A stretch of 37,216 bases of DNA from contig JBDRGO010000030.1 in NCBI GenBank assembly GCA_043817715.1, positions 1-37,216 of the forward strand. The letters are read 5' to 3'. Positions 16,468 through 25,834 of the stretch are shown here, one piece after another. Under the pieces are notes generated by a model that saw only the letters and a list, made by a program, of their open reading frames with translations, made no database searches and was not told where the DNA came from. The DNA is from Candidatus Iainarchaeum sp. Its GTDB lineage: Archaea; Iainarchaeota; Iainarchaeia; Iainarchaeales; JAFGBZ01. How positions within the stretch are numbered: the first letter of the stretch is position 1; each line of letters starts with the position of its first letter. Both the position numbers and the translations under genes were made by a program.

Positions 16468-17612
16468 AATTTGAACCAATTTCATCTCATTATATGTTTG
16501 AAGCATTAGCTGATGAGCCATGCATTATTATGGCCTGCAATACCAGAACAACTGTTGGAATAGTTAAAGGGATTTTCCGTGCGGCAAAAGAAATGAATGC
16601 AGCAGTAATAATGGAGCTTGCGAAAAGCGAATGCAACTTAGAATACGGATATACAGGAATGACTCCTTCAATGTATGCATTTCAAACAATGGAATTAGCC
16701 AAAGAAACTGAATGGGATATCTGGGCGCTTCATGCAGACCATATTGGAGTAAAAAAAGGCACGCCTGAAGAACTTAAAGAAATAAAGAGATTAATTCAAG
16801 CCCAAATTGATGCAGGATTCACTTCTTTTGCAATTGATGCAAGCCATTTATTCAATGAAAAAGGCAAAAACCCGAGAGAAGAACTGGCTGAAAACATCCG
16901 ATGCACAATTGAATTGGCAAAATTCATTGAATCAAAAAAAGGAAAAAATAATTTCGGCTTGGAAGTTGAAGTAGGGGAAATCGGAAAAAAGGACGAGCAT
17001 GGGCGCGTGCTTACAATGCCAGAAGAAGCAGTTGAATTCATTGCTGCTTTAAAAGAAGCAGGAATTGAACCTCATGCACTGGCAATAGCGAATGGTTCAG
17101 TCCATGGAAATACTTATGATGCAAACGGAAAACCAATGCCACAGTCATCAATTGATATTCCTCAAACAATTAAGGTAGCAGAAGCATTGGCAGGAATTGG
17201 TTCAAAAGTAAGAATTGCCCAGCATGGAATTACCGGAACCCCTTTGGAATTCATTGAAAAATATTTTCCAAAAAAATCAATAATTAAAGGAAATGTAGGA
17301 ACTGAATGGCAGAATGTTGTCTGGAAAGTGCTGAAAAAAAAAGAACCAATGCTTTGGAAAGAAATTAATTTCTGGATTCAGGACAATTACTCTGAAGAAG
17401 CAAAGAAAAAAGGAATTAATTCCAAAGAACAGTTAATGGGAACTTATTCAAAAAACGCATTCAAGCCATTCTATGAAAAAATCCATTCACTTCCGGAAAG
17501 AACAAAATATGCAATTGAAGAAGAAGCATACAAAACCGCGCTGGAATTCTTTAAGGCATTCAATGCAAAAAACTCAGCGGAAAAAACAAGAGAATACATG
17601 AAAAAGAAATAA
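16464..17612 (+). CDS. fba: Class II fructose-bisphosphate aldolase
   Basis: LHADH, GFTSFAIDASH, EVEVGEIG, AIANGSVHG, AQHGITG, KGNVGT; 4-nt ATGA-type overlap with fbp. Confidence 0.92.
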   Translation: MKFEPISSHYMFEALADEPCIIMACNTRTTVGIVKGIFRAAKEMNAAVIMELAKSECNLEYGYTGMTPSMYAFQTMELAKETEWDIWALHADHIGVKKGTPEELKEIKRLIQAQIDAGFTSFAIDASHLFNEKGKNPREELAENIRCTIELAKFIESKKGKNNFGLEVEVGEIGKKDEHGRVLTMPEEAVEFIAALKEAGIEPHALAIANGSVHGNTYDANGKPMPQSSIDIPQTIKVAEALAGIGSKVRIAQHGITGTPLEFIEKYFPKKSIIKGNVGTEWQNVVWKVLKKKEPMLWKEINFWIQDNYSEEAKKKGINSKEQLMGTYSKNAFKPFYEKIHSLPERTKYAIEEEAYKTALEFFKAFNAKNSAEKTREYMKKK

Positions 17613-17778
17613 AAAAACAAAAACCCAATTCATTTTTGTTTTTTCTTTAATTTTTGCCAAAAACCGCCAATCAGAGACTGGCAATATATCAATTAAATCA
17701 ATTTTTGACTAATGCAAATTCCATTAAATCAGCCAATTAAAAAATTGGCAGAATTTACCTGCGTTAAATTCCTTGCAT

Positions 17779-18258
17779 TTACTTTTTTATTTCTTTTATT
17801 TTTCTAGAATAAAATTCAAATAATTCCATTGTTTTTTGTTTTTCAATTCCTTCAATTATTTTTATTTTTACTTTTCCCAACAAATTCATTTTTTTATTTG
17901 AAATTTTCAATTCATTAAACCCTGCTTTTTTTGCATCAGTTATTCCTGCCCCAAAAACAATTTTTTTAATTCCTGCCCAATGAATTGCACTAAAACACAT
18001 AGGGCAGGGTTCACAAGTTGAAAACAAAACACATTTTTTCCAGTCTTTTTCTTTTAATTTTTTTGATGCGATTGAAATGCAGTTGATTTCCGCATGCATT
18101 ACAGGATTATTCGTTGAATTCACTAGGTTATGCGCTTTTGCAACCAGCTTTTCATTCAAGTAAATCGCGCTTCCGAACGGGCGCTCGCCTTTCTTTAAAC
18201 CTTTCCGGCAAATGCTTATTGCTTCATTCATTCCTTTTTCTAATTTTTTTGAATTCAT
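17779..18258 (-). CDS. Zn-dependent nucleoside/guanine deaminase (cytidine deaminase fold)
   Basis: PFG, HAE, STCEPCPMC.SAIHWA. Confidence 0.9.
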   Translation of the reverse strand: MNSKKLEKGMNEAISICRKGLKKGERPFGSAIYLNEKLVAKAHNLVNSTNNPVMHAEINCISIASKKLKEKDWKKCVLFSTCEPCPMCFSAIHWAGIKKIVFGAGITDAKKAGFNELKISNKKMNLLGKVKIKIIEGIEKQKTMELFEFYSRKIKEIKK

Positions 18259-18338
18259 TGCAATCCCTTATTTCAGTCAATTCCCTGAAAAAACTAATTC
18301 ATTAACCAATAAAACCTTTTCCTTTCAAGAATTTCTGC

Positions 18339-19023
18339 ATGAAGCTTTGCGCCTTGTTTTCCGGAGGAAAGGACTCCACTTACGCAGTTTATTTAATTGA
18401 AAACCGCGGTTATGAAGTTGACTGCCTGCTTTCAGTTAAAGGAATAAAGGATTCCTACATGTACCATTATCCTAATATTGAATTAACTGAACTGCTTGCG
18501 AAAGCAATGAAAAAAAAAACATTACTTTATTGAAACAAATAAAGGAAAAGAAGAGGAATTAGAGCCATTAAAAAAAATGCTTGAAAAAATCAAAAAAGAA
18601 AGAAAAATTGAAGGAATCATCACAGGGGCAATTGCATCAAATTACCAGAAAGAAAGAATTGAAAAAATATGCAATGAACTGAATTTGAAATGCTTTAATC
18701 CTTTATGGGAAATGAACCAGATAAAATTGCTTCATGAATTAGTGGAAAATGATTTCAAAATAATGATTGTCGGTTTTGCTTCGGCGGGATTTGATGAATC
18801 ATGGCTGGGAAAAATAATTAATGAAAAAACAATTAAAGAACTTGAAGCGCTTGAAAAAAAATTCCAAATAAATCCCGCAGGAGAAGGCGGTGAACTGGAA
18901 TCGCTTGTAATTGACTGCCCTTTATTTGAAAAAAAGCTTGAAATAACCAAGGCAGAAAAAGAAGTCCATGGACTGCAGGGAGAACTGAAAATAATCAAAG
19001 CAGAATTAAAGAAAAAGAAATGA
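18339..19023 (+). pseudogene. Diphthine-ammonia ligase (Dph6/MJ0570-like PP-loop ATPase) split by a frameshift in an A10 run
   Basis: LFSGGKDS in the first ORF; GAIASNYQ, PLW and GEGGE in the second. Removing one A from 18510-18519 gives continuous ...AMKKKHYFIETNKGKEEELEPLKKMLEK... Confidence 0.85.
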
Positions 19024-19102
19024 ATTATTAAAAATAATCAAGGCAGGATTAAAGAAAAAGAAATAACAAACAAAAATTAATTAACAAAAAACAAAAAAAA
19101 AA

Positions 19103-20026
19103 TTAAATTGGCTTTATTCCTTTTGATTCCTCGTTTGAAATTGATTCAAACACATAATCAGGATTGAATTCCTTGCATGCATCCATGCATTCAAATGCAA
19201 AATTGCAGTTTTTGCAGAAGCAAGCCACAATATTCTGGTCAGAGACAATTCTTTCCACGGAATTAATTACTTTGCAGTCTTTTGATAAAGCACTCAATTT
19301 TGTGCTGAAGGAAATTGTTTTCTTTTCATAGCCTGCTTCAGGGCAGAAAACCCCTAATTCAACGAAAAACTTTCCTTCATCCGCCAGCGCAAGTTCAATT
19401 GAATGGGTTTTTTTCTCCCCTTTCCCGACATTGCCGAGGTAAATTGTTTTTTTGGGAAAGTATTCTTCAGCTGTTTTAATCCCTTGTTTGGTTGCTTCAA
19501 TTGAAACAGCCAAATCTGCACTGCAGTCCAATGCATTCAAATCCCCTGAATCAGCGAAAGAAAAATTAATTTTCACATTTTCTTGATCCAAATCAAATAA
19601 TTCCTTTTCTGTTTCAAATGAAACCAGCCTTATCTGTGCAGGTAATTGGCCGAAAAAAACCATGCATTCGTTTAAAGAAAACCTTGTAATGCATCTGAAG
19701 CTTACTGAAAAATCCTGCGGCTTAATTGTCTGCAAAAAAGTGGAATCAACCTTGATTTTATCGACAGTGCAGTTATTTGGCTTATTGCACCGGAAAGTAA
19801 CTGTTCTTTTGTCTGAATTCAGAATTTTGCTTTCCAAAGAAATGCCGTCCTCCAGGAAAATCTTTTTTGATAAAACCATTCCAGGCTTTGCTTCAGCCGC
19901 ATTAAGCTGTAATTTTAATTCATCAACAAGCTTTTCTGACTTGAAAAAAAACAGCTGCATTATGATAAAAACAACCGCCAGAAAAACTACTGCATACACC
20001 AGCAATCGGAAAGGAGAATATTCCAT
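19103..20026 (-). CDS. Membrane-anchored surface protein with Ig/CARDB-like region and Cys-rich tail
   Basis: N-terminal hydrophobic helix, beta-rich middle, C-terminal CFCKNC...EC...C. Confidence 0.7.
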   Translation of the reverse strand: MEYSPFRLLVYAVVFLAVVFIIMQLFFFKSEKLVDELKLQLNAAEAKPGMVLSKKIFLEDGISLESKILNSDKRTVTFRCNKPNNCTVDKIKVDSTFLQTIKPQDFSVSFRCITRFSLNECMVFFGQLPAQIRLVSFETEKELFDLDQENVKINFSFADSGDLNALDCSADLAVSIEATKQGIKTAEEYFPKKTIYLGNVGKGEKKTHSIELALADEGKFFVELGVFCPEAGYEKKTISFSTKLSALSKDCKVINSVERIVSDQNIVACFCKNCNFAFECMDACKEFNPDYVFESISNEESKGIKPI

Positions 20027-20263
20027 TTAATTCCGCCCCCCAAAAAAAGCCTTTGCTTCCCATTTCAAAAGCCTCTTGATAATATATCCTGCAACAAAAA
20101 CCAGAATAAAAATCAAAGCAAAATTTTCCCATTCCCCAACCATGAAAAAATAATTCTTGAATGAATCAGACCACAAATAAATCTGAACAATAAAGTAAAC
20201 GACAAAAGCAACTGACAGAACAAGAATTATTAATTTAATCCATTCAATTGTGCCCTGCCTCAT
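20027..20263 (-). CDS. Small 2-TM membrane protein
   Basis: Two hydrophobic helices; GTGAT RBS; abuts the next gene. Confidence 0.7.
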   Translation of the reverse strand: MRQGTIEWIKLIILVLSVAFVVYFIVQIYLWSDSFKNYFFMVGEWENFALIFILVFVAGYIIKRLLKWEAKAFFGGRN

Positions 20264-20329
20264 TCAAATCACTTCAGTTAATTTTAATTGGTTTTACAAT
20301 TATTTAATTGTTTTTATTGTACAGTTTAT

Positions 20330-22156
20330 TTACTTGTTTTTATTGTACAGCGAAACCAGTTCATTTTCGGTTGTTGCATCCCTTGCATCCTTGTCCTGCC
20401 TGAATGCAATCATTCTTGGAAACCTCAATGCAAGGCCTCCTTTTTCTGTCCTTGCAGCCATATGCACAGGAGACAAAGTTATTTCATCACTTACAACTTC
20501 AATGACATATTTCGGCTCAACCCAGCAGTCAGGCTTTAATTCAGATTCAACATTCAAAGGCTTTTCTTTCAGGGAAATTTTTGAAAGCATTTCTTCCAGT
20601 TCAGTTAACTGCTGTTCGGAAATCCCTGTGCCGATTTTTGCAACTGACTTGAATGAATCGCTTACTTCATCATAAACCGCGCACAATAATGCCCCTACCC
20701 CGAACTGCGTGCGCTTGCCTTTTCCCTTAAAATAACCGATTACAGCCAAATCCATTGAATCAGTTAATTCGCCTTTATAGCTTTTCTTTAATTTAATCCA
20801 GGCAAACTTTCTTGCCCCTGCAATGTATTTTGCATTCAAATCCTTTGCAATAATTCCTTCCAAACTTTTCCTGACTGAATCATTGAAAAATTCCTCCAGT
20901 TCTTTTGCATCACTGGTTTGAATTAATTCAGTCAGCCTGATTCTTTTTCCTTTTCCTGCAACTGATTCAAGAATTTTTCTCCTTTCAATAAACGGCAGGG
21001 ACATTAAATTTTTTCCGTTTACGGACATTACATCAAACAAAAACAAGGTCAAAGGAAATTCCTCTGCCTTTTCCTTTATGCCGTATTTTCTTTTTCTCTG
21101 CATTGTTACCTGAAAAGGATAAAATTTGTTTTCTTTTTCATTAAAAGCCAGTGCTTCCCCTTCAAAAATTCCTTTTTCTGCAGTGATTTCTTTTTTAATC
21201 CCTTCAATTAATTCAGGAAACATTTCAGTCATTTCCTCCTGTTTTCTGGAAAAAATAATTACCCGGTCTTTGTCCTTATGCACCTGCAGCCTAAAGCCGT
21301 CATATTTCCTTTCCACCGCGCATTTCCCGATTTTTTCAATTATTTTTTCGCTTGAAGGAAGCCTTTCAGCAAGGGTGGGGCGGATCGGAATACCAGGAGT
21401 GATTTTAATTTCATTCAATCCCTTCAACTTTTTTTCCTTTAATTTTTCCGCAATAAAACCCAAATCAGAATAAATATTGTATTTTTCCTCAATCATTTCC
21501 CTTACTTTCTGCTTTACCCTTAAATCCTTTTCAATTTTTCTTTTATTGTCTTTTTTTTCCTTTAAATTTTCAGTTATTTTCTTCAGTTCTTTTTTTGAAT
21601 TTTTTTCAAAATCCTTTGAATAAATTAATGCCAATGCATCCATTATTGTCGGATCCCCTATTCCCAAACGATTTTTGCCTAAAACAATTCTTGCAATAAA
21701 TTTTGCTTCAGCCGGAGAAGCTGAATTAATTAATTCCGCCAATAATTTCAGTTTCACTTCCTGGCTTCCATATCCTTCTGCCAGGGAAATTTTTTCCAGA
21801 TTCAGAAAAACCTTTTCCAATGAAAGCTTCTGGGAAAACAAAGCCTGCTGAATCTTTTTTTTTGAAAGCTCTTCAATTGTTTCCCCTAAATCCCCTTTGT
21901 CCAAAAACATTTTTTTTATTTTTTCCTTTGAATATCCTGTTGCCTTAAAAATTGCATCAATAACCAGATTTTCCCCCAAACCTAATTCCAGTCCCTTGAA
22001 TTCAGGCCCTAATTTTGCCTGGCTTAAATAAATTACTTTAGCAATATCCTTTGATGAAACCTTTTCCAATAACTCGGCATAAATTAAAGTCATTTCCAGA
22101 CGCGAAGAAGCAGTCTCAATTTTCTGGAAATACTCCGACAAAACACTGAAATCCAT
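20330..22156 (-). CDS. lig: ATP-dependent DNA ligase
   Basis: ERKYDG (adenylated Lys), EGE, EGIIAK, WIKLK, LRFPR...R.DK. Confidence 0.97.
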   Translation of the reverse strand: MDFSVLSEYFQKIETASSRLEMTLIYAELLEKVSSKDIAKVIYLSQAKLGPEFKGLELGLGENLVIDAIFKATGYSKEKIKKMFLDKGDLGETIEELSKKKIQQALFSQKLSLEKVFLNLEKISLAEGYGSQEVKLKLLAELINSASPAEAKFIARIVLGKNRLGIGDPTIMDALALIYSKDFEKNSKKELKKITENLKEKKDNKRKIEKDLRVKQKVREMIEEKYNIYSDLGFIAEKLKEKKLKGLNEIKITPGIPIRPTLAERLPSSEKIIEKIGKCAVERKYDGFRLQVHKDKDRVIIFSRKQEEMTEMFPELIEGIKKEITAEKGIFEGEALAFNEKENKFYPFQVTMQRKRKYGIKEKAEEFPLTLFLFDVMSVNGKNLMSLPFIERRKILESVAGKGKRIRLTELIQTSDAKELEEFFNDSVRKSLEGIIAKDLNAKYIAGARKFAWIKLKKSYKGELTDSMDLAVIGYFKGKGKRTQFGVGALLCAVYDEVSDSFKSVAKIGTGISEQQLTELEEMLSKISLKEKPLNVESELKPDCWVEPKYVIEVVSDEITLSPVHMAARTEKGGLALRFPRMIAFRQDKDARDATTENELVSLYNKNK

Positions 22157-22226
22157 GAAATACTTAATGATGTTTTTAATTAAAAAGGTTCTTTTTTAAA
22201 AGTAACAGACAAAAAATACTAATAAT

Positions 22227-22300
22227 GGGGCTGTAGTCTAGCCTGGTTAGGATTCAAGCTTTGGGAGCTTGCGGCCCCGGTTCAAATCCGGGCAGCCCCA
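22227..22300 (+). tRNA. tRNA-Pro (UGG)
   Basis: GGGGCTG/CAGCCCC acceptor, CAAGC-TT-TGG-GA-GCTTG anticodon arm, CCCGG-TTCAAAT-CCGGG T arm. Confidence 0.96.
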
Positions 22301-22343
22301 TGCAATCATCAAGATTTAAATTCTCATTCAATGTTAATTAATC

Positions 22344-22661
22344 ATGGACGGATTTATTGTTTCAGGATTATTGTTTTCCGCAAGCATTTTATTCTATTTC
22401 TTTAAAAAGAAAAACCACTGGTTTTCAAAAATTGTTTTTCCAATAGCAATCCTGCTGATTATTCCATTGGACAGATTAAGCGGGCGGGAAATTGTGCTAA
22501 TCACTGCAGCAGCAGTAATCAGCTTGTTTGCGTCATTTTCAAAAACAGGAATGCAGAAACAGGTTTCCAGAGAACAGGAATATATCCCTCCAATTGAAGA
22601 AAATTATTCTGAAGAAGAAACAGAAGAAAATGATGAAAAAGAAACAGAAGAAACCCAATAA
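22344..22661 (+). CDS. Small 3-TM membrane protein with acidic tail
   Basis: Three hydrophobic segments then an E-rich C-terminus; sits between two tRNA-Pro genes. Confidence 0.7.
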   Translation: MDGFIVSGLLFSASILFYFFKKKNHWFSKIVFPIAILLIIPLDRLSGREIVLITAAAVISLFASFSKTGMQKQVSREQEYIPPIEENYSEEETEENDEKETEETQ

Positions 22662-22709
22662 AAAAAAAGCCTTGTTTTTTAAAACTAATTCAGATAAATT
22701 ATTTTTGAA

Positions 22710-22783
22710 GGGGGAGTAGTTTAGCCTGGTTATGACCCACGCTCGGGGAGCGTGGAACCCGAGTTCAAATCTCGGCTCTCCCA
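22710..22783 (+). tRNA. tRNA-Pro (GGG) with C at position 33
   Basis: GGGGGAG/CTCTCCC acceptor, CACGC-TC-GGG-GA-GCGTG anticodon arm, CCGAG-TTCAAAT-CTCGG T arm. Confidence 0.9.
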
Positions 22784-22830
22784 AACCCTAATTTTAAATA
22801 AGTTTGTAATGGATATTTTTATGTGAGTTA

Positions 22831-24267
22831 ATGGAAGAAAAAAAACAAACCCTTGGATTGACCGTGAAAAAAGAACAGGACTTCAGCGAATGGTATAATC
22901 AGGTTGCATTGAAATCTGAACTCGCTGATTACGGGCCGATAAAAGGATTCATGGTTATCAGGCCAAGAGCTTATGCAGTATGGGAAAAAATTCAGGAAGA
23001 ATTCAATAAAGTAATTAATGAAAAAAAAGTTTCAAATGCATATTTTCCTTTATTGATTCCAAAAAGCTTTTTTGAAAAAGAAAAAGAACATGCAGAAGGA
23101 TTTGAACCTGAACTTGCATGGATTGAAAAAAACGAATTAAATGCGGAAGAAGAAAGAGTAGCCATAAGGCCGACAAGCGAAACAATAATGTATGATTCTT
23201 ATTCAAAATGGATCCGCTCCTGGAGGGACCTTCCTTTAAGAATCAACCAATGGTGCAATGTATTAAGATGGGAAGTGAAGCAGACCAAATTATTCCTGCG
23301 CACAAGGGAATTTTTATGGCAGGAAGGGCACTGCGTTTATGAAACAGAAAAAGAATGCATTAAAGAAGCATTAATGTTTCTGGATGAATACAAAAAATTA
23401 ATTGAAAATCATTTAGCAATTCCAGTTATTACTGGAGAAAAAACTCCTGCTGAAAGATTTGCAGGAGCAAAGCAGACATTTACTTTGGAAGCATTAATGC
23501 CTGACGGAAAGGCGCTTCAAATGGGAACTTCGCATAATTTAGCGCAGAATTTTTCAAAATCATTTAACCTGAAATTCAATAACCAGAACAAGGAAGAAGA
23601 ATTTGCATGGCAGAATTCATGGGGCATTTCAACCCGCCTGATTGGCGCGGTTTTAATGGTTCATGGAGACAACAAAGGATTGGTATTGCCTCCGAAAATC
23701 GCAAAAGAAAAATGCGTTATTGTCCCGATTTTATTTGACAAATCAAAAGAAAAAATATTAAATAAAGCAAATGAACTAAACAAAGAATTAAAAGAATTCA
23801 ATTGCTTTGTTGATGACAGAGACAATTATTCAGCAGGATTCAAATTCAATGAATGGGAACTGAAGGGAATTCCTTTAAGGATTGAATTAGGGCCGAAGGA
23901 TTTGGAAAAAAACCAATGTGTTTTGATTAGAAGAGATAATGGAAACAAAAAAAATATTGCATTAAAAGACACAAAAAAAGAAATCGGAAAAGAACTTGAA
24001 TTAATGCAGAAAGACATGCTTGAAAAGGCAAAAAAATTCCTGAAAGAAAACACAGTGAAAGCAGAGAACTGGAAGGACTTTGAAAAAGCAATCAAGGAAA
24101 GAAAAATGACTGAATGCTTTTTTTGCTTAAATGAAGAATGCGAAAAAGAAATCCAGGAAAAAACAACCGCAACATCAAGATGCATTCCATTTGAATCAAA
24201 AGAAAAAGGAAAATGCATTAAATGCGGAAAAGAAGCAGTAAAAGTTATTTTTGCAAAAGCTTACTGA
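22831..24267 (+). CDS. proS: Proline--tRNA ligase (archaeal/eukaryote type)
   Basis: DFSEWY, RPTSET, FLRTREFLWQEGH, ALQMGTSH.L, SWGISTR, C-terminal Zn site and FAKAY. Confidence 0.97.
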   Translation: MEEKKQTLGLTVKKEQDFSEWYNQVALKSELADYGPIKGFMVIRPRAYAVWEKIQEEFNKVINEKKVSNAYFPLLIPKSFFEKEKEHAEGFEPELAWIEKNELNAEEERVAIRPTSETIMYDSYSKWIRSWRDLPLRINQWCNVLRWEVKQTKLFLRTREFLWQEGHCVYETEKECIKEALMFLDEYKKLIENHLAIPVITGEKTPAERFAGAKQTFTLEALMPDGKALQMGTSHNLAQNFSKSFNLKFNNQNKEEEFAWQNSWGISTRLIGAVLMVHGDNKGLVLPPKIAKEKCVIVPILFDKSKEKILNKANELNKELKEFNCFVDDRDNYSAGFKFNEWELKGIPLRIELGPKDLEKNQCVLIRRDNGNKKNIALKDTKKEIGKELELMQKDMLEKAKKFLKENTVKAENWKDFEKAIKERKMTECFFCLNEECEKEIQEKTTATSRCIPFESKEKGKCIKCGKEAVKVIFAKAY

Positions 24268-24303
24268 AAGAATTTATTTGGCTCAGATTAGTTAACTCAA
24301 ATT

Positions 24304-24469
24304 ACTCAATCCAAATTATTACTCAATCCAAATTATTACTCAATCCAAATTATTACTCAATCCAAATTATTACTCAATCCAAATTATTACTCAATCCAAA
24401 TTATTACTCAATCCAAATTATTACTCAATTCAAATTATTACTCAATTCAAATTATTACTCAATTCAAAT
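24304..24469. repeat. 17-bp tandem repeat (ACTCAATCCAAATTATT), about 9.8 copies
   Basis: Seven identical units (24304-24422), two C>T variants, and a partial unit overlapping the GNAT stop codon. No spacers. Confidence 0.95.
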
Positions 24470-24914
24470 ATTCTTCTTCCCCGAGTTCTTTTGCATAAAT
24501 TTCCACCGGTTCGCCGTCTATTTTTTTATGGTGAATTCCTTCAAAATAGAATCCATGCGATTCATAAAGCTTTTTTGCAGTCAGGTTGCTTTTTTTAACC
24601 AATAATTTCACCTGTTCAATTGAAAGCTCCTGCAAAAAAGTCAGGGCAAATTCAACCAATTTTTTCCCATAACCTTTTTTTCTATAGCTGTGCTTGACTG
24701 ACAGGCCGTTTATTCTTGCAGTGTCTTCATCCAAAAACTCTAATTCAATGAATCCGACAAAAGACTTTTCTTCAGTTAATTTAAATAATTTAATTAAAGG
24801 ATTCTGCATTCTTTCCTCTAATTTTGTTTTATTCCATTTAATGTAATTGAATTCCCTTGACAAAAGGCGCTTTATTTTATTTAAGTCACTTTTTTCAGCC
24901 AATTCAATTTTCAT
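24459..24914 (-). CDS. GNAT (RimI-like) N-acetyltransferase
   Basis: V...YRKKGYGKKL acetyl-CoA motif A; L.V..SN..AKKLYES.GF motif B. Confidence 0.9.
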   Translation of the reverse strand: MKIELAEKSDLNKIKRLLSREFNYIKWNKTKLEERMQNPLIKLFKLTEEKSFVGFIELEFLDEDTARINGLSVKHSYRKKGYGKKLVEFALTFLQELSIEQVKLLVKKSNLTAKKLYESHGFYFEGIHHKKIDGEPVEIYAKELGEEEYLN

Positions 24915-24949
24915 TTAAAGCACCTCTCCGTGCGTTAAATCTTTTAAAT

Positions 24950-25630
24950 TCATTTCAAATCCCTTTCAGTCAAAGAATCAATCTCTTCTGATGAAATTGC
25001 ACAACCAGCAAATTTTAAAGCATATAGTGTGGCCTTCAATGACTCAAATTCCTCGCTTAAATCACTGCAGAACAGCCCCTGCCTGAAAGCCATAACCATT
25101 AATTCAGCCGAACGGACAAAATTTGCTTTTCCTATAACATCATTTAATTTATCCAATGAATCCTTATCAACTGAAAAGCTCTGATTGTTTCTTTTTTCAA
25201 GAATCTGCTTCAATCGTTTAGGGGATTCAATAATCATTCTTGCGGTTCTTTCATCAACCGCAGCAAAACTTGTTTTGAACTGCTTCAATAAGGCAAGCAT
25301 TTCCGCTTCCCCTTCATGAAGAAGCCTGAAAGGATGGTTTCCTGCCCAAAAAACATTATTTGCAAGCTCAAGTATTTCGTTTTTTCTTTCCTCAGTTTCT
25401 CCGTCAGGGGGCGCCAGTTTAATTAAGCCTTCATCAACCAGTTTTTTGATCCTTAATGCATTCAATTCAAACCTTCTGATCTGCATCGGCTTCTTGACCG
25501 ATTCCCTGTAAACAGAAGAAGGAACAATCAATTCAATGTTGTTTTTCTGAACAAAATTGGAAAGAATAGGCGTCAGGCATTTTTCACTTAAGCAGATTAT
25601 TGTGCTTGAATCCATTACAATCCTTTTCAT
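24950..25630 (-). CDS. PIN-domain protein (DUF3368-like)
   Basis: IVMDSSTII, P.SVY.E, LHEGEAE, VDERTAR acidic PIN pattern. Confidence 0.75.
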   Translation of the reverse strand: MKRIVMDSSTIICLSEKCLTPILSNFVQKNNIELIVPSSVYRESVKKPMQIRRFELNALRIKKLVDEGLIKLAPPDGETEERKNEILELANNVFWAGNHPFRLLHEGEAEMLALLKQFKTSFAAVDERTARMIIESPKRLKQILEKRNNQSFSVDKDSLDKLNDVIGKANFVRSAELMVMAFRQGLFCSDLSEEFESLKATLYALKFAGCAISSEEIDSLTERDLK

Positions 25631-25728
25631 TTAAATTCCTCCAAGGGATTTAAAGATTTAAAATCTTTGATTTTAAATTCAATTCATTCACTCTCAAAAT
25701 TCTTTCAAAAATTCTTTTCTTTTTCTTC

Positions 25729-25834
25729 TTGCAAACTTTTTCTCCTTACAAAAGTTTTCTTTTTGCAAACTTTTTCTCCTTACAAAAGTTTTCTTTTTGC
25801 AAACTTTTTCTTTTTTAAAAAGAAAAAGTTTATT
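25729..25834. repeat. 34-bp tandem repeat (about 2.4 copies) ending in palindrome AAACTTTTTCTTTTT-T-AAAAAGAAAAAGTTT
   Basis: TTGCAAACTTTTTCTCCTTACAAAAGTTTTCTTT at 25729 and 25763, partial at 25797. Confidence 0.85.

Noticed and set aside
17779-18258. Deaminase as the editor of tRNA-Pro C33
   Set aside because: No THUMP or other RNA-binding domain and no linkage; it looks like an ordinary guanine/nucleoside deaminase.
22539-22784. 81-aa minus-strand ORF
   Set aside because: Antisense to tRNA-Pro and a real ORF; a typical tRNA shadow ORF.
24304-24469. CRISPR array
   Set aside because: Head-to-tail 17-bp units with no spacers and no cas genes in the window. The 127-aa ORF 24222..24605 across it is a repeat artefact.
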